Assembly (NCBI GenBank): GCA_023244895.1
Contig: JAHFLL010000001.1
Coordinates: 404,741 to 468,740, forward strand
Direction: 5' to 3'
Source of the DNA: Candidatus Liptonbacteria bacterium
Lineage (GTDB): Bacteria; Patescibacteriota; Minisyncoccia; UBA6257; 2-01-FULL-56-20
DNA length: 64,000 nt
Positions 28,614 through 37,464 of this stretch are shown one piece after another; positions within the stretch are counted from its first letter, which is position 1; each line of letters starts with the position of its first letter. Below the pieces are notes generated by a model. The model was given only the letters and a program-made list of their open reading frames with translations. It was not told the DNA's origin and ran no database searches. The position numbers were made by a program, and so were the translations under genes.

Positions 28614-30356
28614 TTATCCCCCGGCAACCTGCTGTTTCCAGAGAGCGGCATACAGGCCGTTTTTACTTAGAAGTTCCGCCGCGGAACCACGCTCTATCAG
28701 CTTCCCCTTTTCTAATACAAAGATGGTTTCGGAATGGACAATCGTAGAAAGACGATGAGCCACAAGTATGGTAATGAGATCCGGGCGCGTGAATTTTATA
28801 TTTTTAATGGTAAGTGTTATGTCTTCCTCTGTTAGAGAGTCCAAACTGGAGGTCGCCTCGTCAAAAATAATCAGGTCGGGTTTGCGCAAAAGCGCTCGCG
28901 CTATAGCCAATCTTTGCTTTTCTCCGCCGGAAAGCTTGAGTCCACCCTCCCCAATGCGGGTTGAAAGACCATTCTCTCCACGCTCAATAAGCACACTGGC
29001 AGAGGCTGCCCTAAGCGCCTCCTCGCAATCCTCATCGCTCGCCAGAGGATTCGCGAACAACAGATTCTCTCTGATGGTTCCGGCGAAAAGCTGGGTGTCT
29101 TGCGAAACCAGACCCATCTTTTTTCTCAGCCCCTCCTTATCTATATTCAGGTAGGGCTCTCCATTAATGGTTATCTTACCGGCGGTAGGTTCATACAGTC
29201 CTACAAGCAGCTTTATGATAGTGGACTTGCCCGAACCGGACGGACCCACAAAGGCGGCAGTCTGCCCTGGCCCTATTTCAAAATCTATTCCATTTAGAGC
29301 ATGCTCCGAGCTGGACTGATAAGAGAAAAAGACTTTATCAAATTTTATCCTGTCTATTTTCCCGATCGCGACCGGATGTTCCGGCTTCTTTTCCGCGGGT
29401 GTTCGGAAAAGCTCTTCTAGGCGACCCATGCTTGCCCGCATTTCCTGATAGCTCTTAGTCACATTGCCCAACTCACTCAAAGGATTGAAGACCGCGAAAG
29501 AGTAGAAGAGCAAACTAAAGAACTGGCCAAGGGTAATAGTACCCCTAAAGATTAAAAGCAACATTAGGAGCAGTAGTCCGGAACGCAAAACGTTGATTAG
29601 CGTGCCTTGGATAAAACTCATCTTGCGCACCAGAATCACTTTCTTGAGCTCCAATTGCAATATTTTTTCGTTCACGTCGTTTAGGCGTCCGATCTCCTGC
29701 TTTTCCAAACCCAAACTCTTCACTAATTCCACGTTACGCAAAGTCTCGGTAGTAGAGCCCGCCAGCCCCGCGGTCTGCTCAATTATGGTTTTCTGGGCGG
29801 TCTTAATCTTGCGGCTAATATAGTAGGTAGCCACGCCCAAAATAGGAATAATGGAAAAGTAAATTAGGCCAATCAGCCAGTTGACCGAAAACGCGTAAGA
29901 CAAAACAAACACCACTCCGATTAGGGACAGAAAAACAATATTAATAGCTCCCCGAATAAATTCTTCCGCGTCCGTGCGCGCTTTTTGTAACTTTTGCAAA
30001 AACTCACCGGAGCGCTGGTCCTCAAATATGGCGTAAGGCAAAGAGAAGGAATGCTCCACACTGTCCGAATAAATCTTGGTGCCAACCCTCTGGACTACAA
30101 TGCTGACGTAATAATCTTGAAAATTTTTGGCTACCCGGGAGACAAAGGCCACGCCCACCGAAGCTAAAAGCAACAAACCCACCCCGCGATAGAATTCCGG
30201 CTGGCTTAAAGCATCTGCCTTGGTGGCGTAACCGTCTATCAGATGCCGGAATATCTGCGGATCCAGCAAGGAGAATATCTGGTTTATGGTGGCGAGCAGT
30301 AGTGCTAGAAAGAGAGCTCGCCGATAGTCTTTAACGTATTTCCAGAGTAATTTCAT
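28614..30356 (-). CDS. ABC exporter, fused permease/ATPase
   Basis: TM domain; GPSGSGKST, LSGGEKQR, FDEATS, AHRLS. Confidence 0.95.
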   Translation of the reverse strand: MKLLWKYVKDYRRALFLALLLATINQIFSLLDPQIFRHLIDGYATKADALSQPEFYRGVGLLLLASVGVAFVSRVAKNFQDYYVSIVVQRVGTKIYSDSVEHSFSLPYAIFEDQRSGEFLQKLQKARTDAEEFIRGAINIVFLSLIGVVFVLSYAFSVNWLIGLIYFSIIPILGVATYYISRKIKTAQKTIIEQTAGLAGSTTETLRNVELVKSLGLEKQEIGRLNDVNEKILQLELKKVILVRKMSFIQGTLINVLRSGLLLLMLLLIFRGTITLGQFFSLLFYSFAVFNPLSELGNVTKSYQEMRASMGRLEELFRTPAEKKPEHPVAIGKIDRIKFDKVFFSYQSSSEHALNGIDFEIGPGQTAAFVGPSGSGKSTIIKLLVGLYEPTAGKITINGEPYLNIDKEGLRKKMGLVSQDTQLFAGTIRENLLFANPLASDEDCEEALRAASASVLIERGENGLSTRIGEGGLKLSGGEKQRLAIARALLRKPDLIIFDEATSSLDSLTEEDITLTIKNIKFTRPDLITILVAHRLSTIVHSETIFVLEKGKLIERGSAAELLSKNGLYAALWKQQVAGG

Positions 30357-30446
30357 GGAATCCCGATTCTAGCATGATCGAGACACAAAAACACGCCTCC
30401 ACGCCCTCTCGGGGAGAGTAAAACCAACTTGGGCCTATCTACCCCT

Positions 30447-30722
30447 TTATGCTCCGTGCGAGGTGCGATGGGCCAGATTCCATAGCCAACCCAAAACATA
30501 GCCCACCACATAGCCAATGATGCCGGTTACGATGATGAGTAGAATGGCATTACCGAATCCGAATGGATCAATAGAGTACTGGACCGTCATAAAATGCAGG
30601 CCCAATATCCAATCCATAAGCGGTTTGGCAATATTGACCAGCACCATAAGCGCCCAGACCGCGTGCAGAATGGCGAACAGACCTCCCAGCGTTAGACCGA
30701 TTTTGTGAGAATTTAACTTCAT
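30447..30722 (-). CDS. Small hypothetical membrane protein
   Basis: H..WA...W...LHF pattern; TM helices. Confidence 0.7.
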   Translation of the reverse strand: MKLNSHKIGLTLGGLFAILHAVWALMVLVNIAKPLMDWILGLHFMTVQYSIDPFGFGNAILLIIVTGIIGYVVGYVLGWLWNLAHRTSHGA

Positions 30723-30767
30723 GTGAGATTTGATGATCTTCGACCTTTTTTATAAAAAATCTAAGAG

Positions 30768-31067
30768 CTATTCCGGAAAGAAACCATATTGGAGCGAGTA
30801 TTTAACGGTCAGGGTTTTGCCTATCGAAAGGGACTCCTTTTTGCAGACAGATTTCTTTATGGGTACAAAATACTTTTTACCCTTGGATGCGAAAAGCGAG
30901 GTTCGCCAGGTTGTTCCGCCTACCGTAACCGTGACCGGAATACTTCCCCACCCGCCCGGACGCACATTGGGGACCTTACCGTCCGGAATAGAAACATAAC
31001 TCCACGCTGCCGGACCAGGAAAGACGCACAACTTGCCCGTCACTGAATATTCTCCTGGAGGGTTCAT
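30768..31067 (-). CDS. DUF1905 domain protein
   Basis: AW.YV...GWGSIPVTVTVG.T.WRTSLF..YFVPIK; start trimmed to MNPPG. Confidence 0.85.
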   Translation of the reverse strand: MNPPGEYSVTGKLCVFPGPAAWSYVSIPDGKVPNVRPGGWGSIPVTVTVGGTTWRTSLFASKGKKYFVPIKKSVCKKESLSIGKTLTVKYSLQYGFFPE

Positions 31068-31093
31068 CTTCTTCGTCCTTATGTTTGTGGTCG

Positions 31094-31279
31094 CTAAGCT
31101 CCAGCTAGAAAACCAAAAAGTTGATGTACCAAGAAAGCTGGCCAGAGAACGGCCTTGAGCAATCCTAGTGCCCCCATCCCGAAAGAGGTGGCGTTGCTTA
31201 TGAAATAAACCGCCCCGCCCACCACTCCCAAACCATACACCGCCCCGGACGTACCTGCGCATTGCATTTTGTTTTGCAT
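31094..31279 (-). CDS. Small membrane protein
   Basis: GAVYGLG..G..YFI..A..F..G..G.LKA.LWPAFLV. Confidence 0.75.
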   Translation of the reverse strand: MQNKMQCAGTSGAVYGLGVVGGAVYFISNATSFGMGALGLLKAVLWPAFLVHQLFGFLAGA

Positions 31280-31344
31280 GTATTAATTATCCCACTCACA
31301 TAAAAAAGCGCAAATCCTTATTCGCCCATTCCCTCTTCCGCTTT

Positions 31345-31423
31345 CTAACTTCTACTTCCAACCTCTATCTTCTATATTCTATCTACTAACTTCTACCCTC
31401 CACTATACTTGAGTATAGTACCG
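31345..31423 (-). repeat. Boundary element copy A: 18-bp palindrome ACTATACT-TG-AGTATAGT plus heptamer tail
   Basis: Palindrome 31402-31419; reverse complement aligns with 39843-39904. Confidence 0.75.
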
Positions 31424-31458
31424 GGGATGAGAGAGTGGGAGTTGAGAGAATGAGAGCT

Positions 31459-31505
31459 GGGGGGTGGGAGTTTTGGGGGGCGGGGTGGGGGTGGGGGTGG
31501 GAGGG
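31459..31505 (+). other. G-quadruplex-competent G-tract
   Basis: Eight G runs of 3-6 nt, most with 1-nt loops. Confidence 0.6.
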
Positions 31506-31648
31506 AGAAAACGGGTTGGAAAACGCGAGGGGGTTATTTTTGAGATGGGATAAGGGTTGGTGGGGTCAGATATTTATGAACCAGGTTTTCGGAATGCTTG
31601 TAGGCCTCTTCGTTAATAAGGCTACTTCTCGATAAAAAGAAGTTATGA

Positions 31649-32404
31649 CTACCCAGTGGTCTTTTTGAGTTCTGGAACAGTCTCTTCGAGCAACGCCTTG
31701 ATTTGATCTGAGTCAAGTGAGGACAATGCGGAATATCCACCCCTGAGATTAAGCCTGCGCATTATCAGACGTACTTTTGCCTCCTTGCTATTCGAAAATA
31801 ATGTTGGATTTCCCACTACAAATTCAAGCACGGCGAATCGTATGGTCTCATTTCTTCCTTGGGCACCAGGCAATAGATGCGTGGTGTAGTCCAACATGGA
31901 AAATACCTCTCGGGTAAGGACGTAGGGATCTTTTGCGTCCTTCGTCTTCGTGAGAGAAACAACCCACCAGAGCCTTGCGATGTCGTTGTTCATCAACGAT
32001 GCGGGACTCATCGGATCGACAAACCAATGATCGAGAATATATTTACCTCGCTTACTTTCCTTCTGGGCGGATACATCCGTCCTCTTTTTCATATAGTCGA
32101 AAAAGTCCACGTGGGTAAGGTATGTCCAAAAGCGCTCATCCGATGCGTCTTCGGGGCTCAGCGCGCTGTACGCTTCGAAAAGTCGTATCGCGGCCTCCGC
32201 AGAATCCCTACTGCCCCCGCCCGGCGGGTTGGGAAATAATATTTTGGACATGGGAACCTTCAGAGACGACTGCACCGTATCGATATCTTCGACGGAGAAA
32301 CTTTCTCCTAAATATTTTTTTACGCCTTTCCCTGTACGCAAATCATCCTTCATTCTAACGAGGGCTGCGGTCGTAAATATCGGTCTGGTGTTTTTTTCTG
32401 GCAT
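31649..32404 (-). CDS. DUF6339-like protein
   Basis: A..LFEA..LSP..ASDERFWTYLTH...YM..R, N.IARLWW signature (recognised from memory). Confidence 0.75.
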   Translation of the reverse strand: MPEKNTRPIFTTAALVRMKDDLRTGKGVKKYLGESFSVEDIDTVQSSLKVPMSKILFPNPPGGGSRDSAEAAIRLFEAYSALSPEDASDERFWTYLTHVDFFDYMKKRTDVSAQKESKRGKYILDHWFVDPMSPASLMNNDIARLWWVVSLTKTKDAKDPYVLTREVFSMLDYTTHLLPGAQGRNETIRFAVLEFVVGNPTLFSNSKEAKVRLIMRRLNLRGGYSALSSLDSDQIKALLEETVPELKKTTG

Positions 32405-32405
32405 A

Positions 32406-33257
32406 TCAGGAGAATGTTATTTTATCGACGATATTGTTGAGATCGTTCAGCGAATTGGTGAGGGGGTAGTCGAATATCGCTTGCACCAGCTCGGGGATAT
32501 TTTCCACCGAGACGCCTATGCGGCGCATTCGATCCTCTTTCATCAGGTCGGTCAGTTTCTTGTGCCACTTCCTGTGGTTGTGCGTGGCACTCCTATCTTC
32601 CGACAAAAACTCGCTCATCACCCAAAGCATAGCCGGATATACGTACAGCGATATGAATACTCGTTTCAAATCTTCGCTCTTTTTAATCTTCTTCATATTT
32701 TCGTAATCCTCTTCGGGTAACTTTATGAGGATAGGGTCCGACCCCAATTCGTACTTAACATCTTTCCCTGCATGCTTGTAGAACATGAAAAATGCGCCTT
32801 CCGATCCCGGCGTCTCCCAATCTTTGGTGACCTCGAAAGAATCGCTGCCGCTGTATCCGAGTATTTCACCCTTATGAACCGTGAAAGTTTGCCCATCGAA
32901 GAAATCTGTGGTGTAGGCATTTTTGTATCGCGGTATATCCTGTTTTGCGATAATCAAACACGTCGCCACAACCGTATCTCTGAGATATTTCGAATCTATC
33001 CTTATTTGCCCCGAACCGTCTCCAGGAAGCTCGAAGCCCATTCGATACATCGTCGAGGAACAGGATACGTCGACAAAGAAAACCGCCTTGCCGTCAGTTA
33101 TTAATTTCTCCATAGCTTCGTTATGGAGGACCTGAGAAACGGTCAAGATCGTCTCTTTGGCGATAACGAGTCCAATATGGGTCTCGAACCTACCGACGAT
33201 TTCGCCTCCGTCCTTGCGTAGTATTGGATGCGGCAACGATACAATGTCGAGTTTCAT
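32406..33257 (-). CDS. Conserved hypothetical protein (SLPHPIL N-terminus) of the GHKL cassette
   Basis: 283 aa; ATGA overlap with upstream gene, 1-nt gap to downstream gene. Confidence 0.75.
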   Translation of the reverse strand: MKLDIVSLPHPILRKDGGEIVGRFETHIGLVIAKETILTVSQVLHNEAMEKLITDGKAVFFVDVSCSSTMYRMGFELPGDGSGQIRIDSKYLRDTVVATCLIIAKQDIPRYKNAYTTDFFDGQTFTVHKGEILGYSGSDSFEVTKDWETPGSEGAFFMFYKHAGKDVKYELGSDPILIKLPEEDYENMKKIKKSEDLKRVFISLYVYPAMLWVMSEFLSEDRSATHNHRKWHKKLTDLMKEDRMRRIGVSVENIPELVQAIFDYPLTNSLNDLNNIVDKITFS

Positions 33258-35155
33258 CGAGATTTTTTGATTAGTTCAAAAGCGTTGAGCTTCAGGGAAT
33301 ATTTTCCGGATTCCGAAAATTTTACCTTCAGTCTCCTTGCGCCCATTTTATTCAAAACAAGATCACGTATCTCGTTTGCATTGAAGCTGGGCTGATTTTT
33401 AACCGTCTTATCCGCTATGATCGTTTGCAAAACTAACCTCTCGGAAGAATCGTCGCCACCCGCAACTATTTGAACGATGTCTATTTTCTTTCCTGGCTCT
33501 CCCTTGATCTGAATCTGATGAGTCGGATTACTTTCGGAGTCGGAACCCGCAAATGAAAGGAATGCGATACCCGCTAGCGGTCGCGCGTCGTTATTCTTTG
33601 TTTTCGATTTTTTCTTTCCCTTGTTTCTCTTGTCGGCAACTGGAATATATACATCCCCACCTTCCTTCTCGGCGCGTTCTTTGATGCTCAGGATCTTCTT
33701 TTTTACTTTCAGATCCAAATTCCGCATTTCCTCGACGGTCACCTCGTCGCCGTATTCTTTTTGGGTGTATTCTTTTTCTCCGCCCTGCGCTCCAGAACCT
33801 TCGTCGGTATCCATTGCAATAAAATCCTCCAACCCCTCGATAGAAAGATATCGTTCTTCCCGAGAGGTGCTCAGTTTTTGCAACTCCCTTTTGATAAAAT
33901 TCTCCATTTCCAGATACGCCAACTTGGCCTTTTCGCGATTCTCTTGCGTTTTGGCGTTCTCCCATTTCCATTCGTTGTGTTCCTGGTTCTCCATCTCCCT
34001 GAGGAGCGCATTACCATTTTCGTTGTCGCAAATAAAAACCGCGGCATACCGATTCATCGAATTCTTCTTGATGCAGTCCACGACCATGCCGGGTTTCCGG
34101 ATCAAAGCCACCCGGTTGGGATACCCGTCAGCCAGTAAAAGATGCAAGCGAACCTTGCCGAGGTGATCCAATTCGTCCTCTATCGGAGCATCCTTACGAT
34201 AGGCGTAGTAGAGAGGTAGCGGGTTCGGCACATCCGTGTTGCCCCACTCGAAAGGAGCTTTGCTGAAATATTTATGGAGGAGGTGTTCGACGGTATTTTG
34301 ATTGATGGTTTCGTTTTCCTGCACCTTAACGGTAAGCTTGCCCGTAATGATGGGCAGCCAGAAATAGCGGAGGATCGATTGAACCAATTCTGAGGCCCAA
34401 TCGTCCTCACCGATGAAATCGGGGATTAAAAAGTCCGTGCCAGGTCTTATTCGCTTAAACACGCTCGGAAAAAGCTTGGTGAAATTAGTTGGGATGAGAT
34501 CGCGGTCGTGAATCGGCTTTTGATCACCCACGCCGTAGGTACCGTTATTTTGTTTTCGCTTCCCGTCTTCTTCGAACGTGGTAACGATGGTTTTCCCAGC
34601 GAAGGTATAAGAGTTGGCCTCGTCGATACTGGAAATGAAAAGGGAAAGAAAGCCGGACGAGACATAGTAAGCGCCTTTTCCCAGACCGAACGATCCACCG
34701 CTCCCAGACTGTTTATTGCTGAAACCGACGGATTCCGCAAACCGGAACCAGTTCTCTTTTGTCATGCCGACAGTATTGAAATCACTGATCCTGAGAACTT
34801 TGACCGTGGTATTTTTCGAGATTTTACTCGCTCCTTTCTCGAATTCGACTGCCGTATCAATCGCTCCTTTCTCCCTCAAATAAACGGCGCACGCCGAAAG
34901 TATCTTCGCGAGCCGCTCGGCTCCAGGCACGCTTTTGGCGGGCATCGTAACAACGCTGAATTCAGCTTCAACGGGCTTCCCTGAACTCGAATCGTGCGCG
35001 TCCATTATATTTTGGAGGGCCTCTCGGGCGATATAGTAGGAAGGATTACCGCGAAATTCAACCGTGGGCCCAGCATTCGGGCCATCGGCCATACCCCCCC
35101 CGAGATCCCCGAAAATCCATTCAGGCTTATTTGAATCTGTTGAAGTCTTGGGCAT
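33254..35155 (-). CDS. GHKL (HATPase, sacsin/MORC-like) ATPase-domain protein
   Basis: REALQNIMDA (N-box), RISDFNTVGM (G1), GGSFGLGK (G2), PGT (G3). Confidence 0.8.
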   Translation of the reverse strand: MPKTSTDSNKPEWIFGDLGGGMADGPNAGPTVEFRGNPSYYIAREALQNIMDAHDSSSGKPVEAEFSVVTMPAKSVPGAERLAKILSACAVYLREKGAIDTAVEFEKGASKISKNTTVKVLRISDFNTVGMTKENWFRFAESVGFSNKQSGSGGSFGLGKGAYYVSSGFLSLFISSIDEANSYTFAGKTIVTTFEEDGKRKQNNGTYGVGDQKPIHDRDLIPTNFTKLFPSVFKRIRPGTDFLIPDFIGEDDWASELVQSILRYFWLPIITGKLTVKVQENETINQNTVEHLLHKYFSKAPFEWGNTDVPNPLPLYYAYRKDAPIEDELDHLGKVRLHLLLADGYPNRVALIRKPGMVVDCIKKNSMNRYAAVFICDNENGNALLREMENQEHNEWKWENAKTQENREKAKLAYLEMENFIKRELQKLSTSREERYLSIEGLEDFIAMDTDEGSGAQGGEKEYTQKEYGDEVTVEEMRNLDLKVKKKILSIKERAEKEGGDVYIPVADKRNKGKKKSKTKNNDARPLAGIAFLSFAGSDSESNPTHQIQIKGEPGKKIDIVQIVAGGDDSSERLVLQTIIADKTVKNQPSFNANEIRDLVLNKMGARRLKVKFSESGKYSLKLNAFELIKKSR

Positions 35156-35157
35156 TT

Positions 35158-35388
35158 TTATAGTTCAAACTCCTTCTCTTGTTTTTCTTCACCCCGAAAA
35201 CGAGCTTCCGCCTTCGCAAGCGCGTCTTTCATCGCCCCGAAAATCTTCCTTAATTGGTCTGGGGTGTAGTCGTAAAGCCCACGATTATGGAGATTGGAAA
35301 CGATCCGGATATCGTCGAGGACTTTCCTGACCCTTTTCTCCGCCAGCCGCTTGAACCGTTCCGCCTTTTGTTCGTTATTTTTTGACAT
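35158..35388 (-). CDS. Small basic helical protein, first gene of cassette (putative regulator)
   Basis: ERFKRLAEKRV.K.LD.IR...NL.N...YDY....KIF; 2-nt gap to GHKL gene. Confidence 0.75.
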   Translation of the reverse strand: MSKNNEQKAERFKRLAEKRVRKVLDDIRIVSNLHNRGLYDYTPDQLRKIFGAMKDALAKAEARFRGEEKQEKEFEL

Positions 35389-35441
35389 AGTATTTTAGGA
35401 AGTATTTCCTGAAGTATATTCTATAGTATTTTCTATGTCAA
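35389..35441 (-). promoter_or_regulatory. sigma70 promoter overlapped by four 12-bp-period direct repeats
   Basis: TTGACA(35441-35436)-17-TATACT(35418-35413); AGTATWT at 35389, 35401, 35413, 35425. Confidence 0.75.
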
Positions 35442-35446
35442 GTCTC

Positions 35447-35869
35447 TTATCTTCGGGCCTCTTCGGGGCCTAAACACCTCTTCATTTTGGTCTCTACGCG
35501 ATCCGGATGCTTCTTTATGACCGATCCCCAGAATCGGAGCACCTTATAACCGCGTTTGCGTAGTTCCCTGATCTGACGGCTGTCCCTTTTTATATTCGCA
35601 GCAATTTTTGATTTCCAAAAATCGGGAATTCGTGCGCCCCATTTTTTAAGCCCTCTTCCATGCCAAAAATCGCCATCCGCGAAGATGGCGATTTTATTTT
35701 TCACAAAGACAATGTCGGGTTTTCCCGGGAGACTGGCTACGTTTTTTCTGTAGCGTTCAATTTTCCAAAAAGGCCTGACTATTCTGCCCAATAGTTTTTC
35801 GATGTCGGTATTTTTTGTACCGACTTTCTTCATCAATACGCTACGCGCTTCTTTGGTTAATTTATCCAT
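35447..35869 (-). CDS. vsr: Very-short-patch repair endonuclease
   Basis: MD.....RS..M..V..K.T..E, LPGKPDIVF, FADGDFWHG, FW..KI..N..RD. Confidence 0.92.
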   Translation of the reverse strand: MDKLTKEARSVLMKKVGTKNTDIEKLLGRIVRPFWKIERYRKNVASLPGKPDIVFVKNKIAIFADGDFWHGRGLKKWGARIPDFWKSKIAANIKRDSRQIRELRKRGYKVLRFWGSVIKKHPDRVETKMKRCLGPEEARR

Positions 35870-36389
35870 GCTCCTCGACGCGTGGATAAATAATGCGTGC
35901 CTCTGCGACAAGAGCTTTAGTAACTGTTATATTCCATCCCCGCATAGTCTTGTGCCACTTCTTCAGTCTGAAAAATTGTTCCCATGTGATCTCTAAAATT
36001 TTCTTTGGCTGCAGATTCTGATCTATTAAAACAATAACGACGTACTCGAATTTCTTTTCCGAGGGATGCTCGATTTCGGGATCACCGAGTCCGTAAAAAA
36101 CACTCGTCAAACTGTTCGGCTCGGTAATTGTCTTTATGCTGTACCTGTCTCCCTTCCGACTCAATGCATCAACATTCTGGGTTCCTTCCGGAGCTGCTTG
36201 GAGCTTAGGCAACCCGGGAATTTTGTTATATGTTTCGATGGCCAAAAACTCGCCACGTTCCCCGGTGATGTTCTTGGTCCGTATTAACCCTCGCTTTTTC
36301 AAAAGAGTAATCGCAAACGCGTAGACGCTCCACACGACGTCATCACTGGCAGCCTCTATCTTCTCAAATATCTCAAATTCCTTTCCCAT
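35862..36389 (-). CDS. Putative PD-(D/E)XK-like nuclease (DUF6998-like; candidate REase)
   Basis: GERGEFLA...NVDA....RYSIKT; lies between methyltransferase and vsr. Confidence 0.6.
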   Translation of the reverse strand: MGKEFEIFEKIEAASDDVVWSVYAFAITLLKKRGLIRTKNITGERGEFLAIETYNKIPGLPKLQAAPEGTQNVDALSRKGDRYSIKTITEPNSLTSVFYGLGDPEIEHPSEKKFEYVVIVLIDQNLQPKKILEITWEQFFRLKKWHKTMRGWNITVTKALVAEARIIYPRVEEHG

Positions 36390-36397
36390 GAGTAAAT

Positions 36398-37384
36398 CTA
36401 CAGAAATTTTATTATTTCACGGCCAATTTCCCGTATCACGTTTATCGCCACGCTATTTCCGAGCTGCTTGAGCATCTGCGTATGTGTAACCGTTGTTGGA
36501 AAATCGAAATCCGCCGGAAATCCCATCATCGTTTTCATCTCACCCACAGTCAAGACATGTTTTTCCCCTCCAACAATATATGTATCCCAACTCCTCTTGT
36601 CCACAAACCATTCTCCGTTTCTTTTTTTGTATACTGGCGACCCGCGCCCACCAACTCGAATGGTTCTCCCTATCTTGTTCGGCCATTTCTTATCTTTAAA
36701 GAATTTACATAAAGTCGTGCCTCCTGGACTAGTTGGCTTTGGGAATTTAAATTCCTTGGCGCCAGGCGCTCCTTTTTTAAAGGCCACTAAATAAAATCTG
36801 GGTCGAGCGGTCGGCAGACCGAAATCGCTGGCATTCAGAAAGTTCCAGGAATCGTCTCGCTCCTCGTTTACGTAATATCCAGCCCTGTCCAGTTTTTCCA
36901 AGATAATTTGGAACGTATGCTTATTGTCGTGATTAACAATGTTCCTCACGTTCTCCAGAAAAATAACCTTCGGCTGCTTGGCCAAAATTATTCTCTCTAT
37001 GTCACCGAATAGGGTGCCTCTGTCATCATCAAATCCCCGTTTTTGTCCGATACGACTGAACGGTTGGCATGGGAAACCAGCACACAATACATCGAATTTT
37101 GGTATAACCCTTTTTATATTTTTATCCCAAATTGTTTTTGATTGCCCAGTATCAGTAAGGGTTATGTCCTTTATGCTTTTCCAAAAATAGGGTTCGCGCT
37201 TCTTGCTTTTAAACAATTCGGGGTTGGTCTTACGAAAATTATGCTCGTATGTCTTCCGTGCATTCTCGTCGAATTCATTTACGAACACGCATTCACCGCC
37301 GAGCTCCTGTAGCGCGAGATGGAATCCACCGATTCCAGCGAAAAGGTCAATAAATGTAAACTTTGGCCTCCTTTTCTTTTTCAT
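36398..37384 (-). CDS. dcm: DNA (cytosine-5)-methyltransferase
   Basis: DLFAGIGG (I), GFPCQPFS (IV), ENV (VI), R.RFY (VIII), GNSV (X). Confidence 0.95.
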   Translation of the reverse strand: MKKKRRPKFTFIDLFAGIGGFHLALQELGGECVFVNEFDENARKTYEHNFRKTNPELFKSKKREPYFWKSIKDITLTDTGQSKTIWDKNIKRVIPKFDVLCAGFPCQPFSRIGQKRGFDDDRGTLFGDIERIILAKQPKVIFLENVRNIVNHDNKHTFQIILEKLDRAGYYVNEERDDSWNFLNASDFGLPTARPRFYLVAFKKGAPGAKEFKFPKPTSPGGTTLCKFFKDKKWPNKIGRTIRVGGRGSPVYKKRNGEWFVDKRSWDTYIVGGEKHVLTVGEMKTMMGFPADFDFPTTVTHTQMLKQLGNSVAINVIREIGREIIKFL

Positions 37385-37464
37385 TATTTATACAATCAGA
37401 ATAGCATAATTTCCCTCCATTTTCACAGATTTATATACCCCAGCGATGCGCCAGAGCGAATGGT

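Noticed and set aside
31402-31419. Xer dif site
   Set aside because: The palindrome does not match the 11-6-11 dif consensus (no TTATGTTAAA arm).
31435-31740. Short ORFs across the G-rich tract
   Set aside because: Low-complexity translation (GWGWGW) of non-coding repeats; no RBS or motifs.
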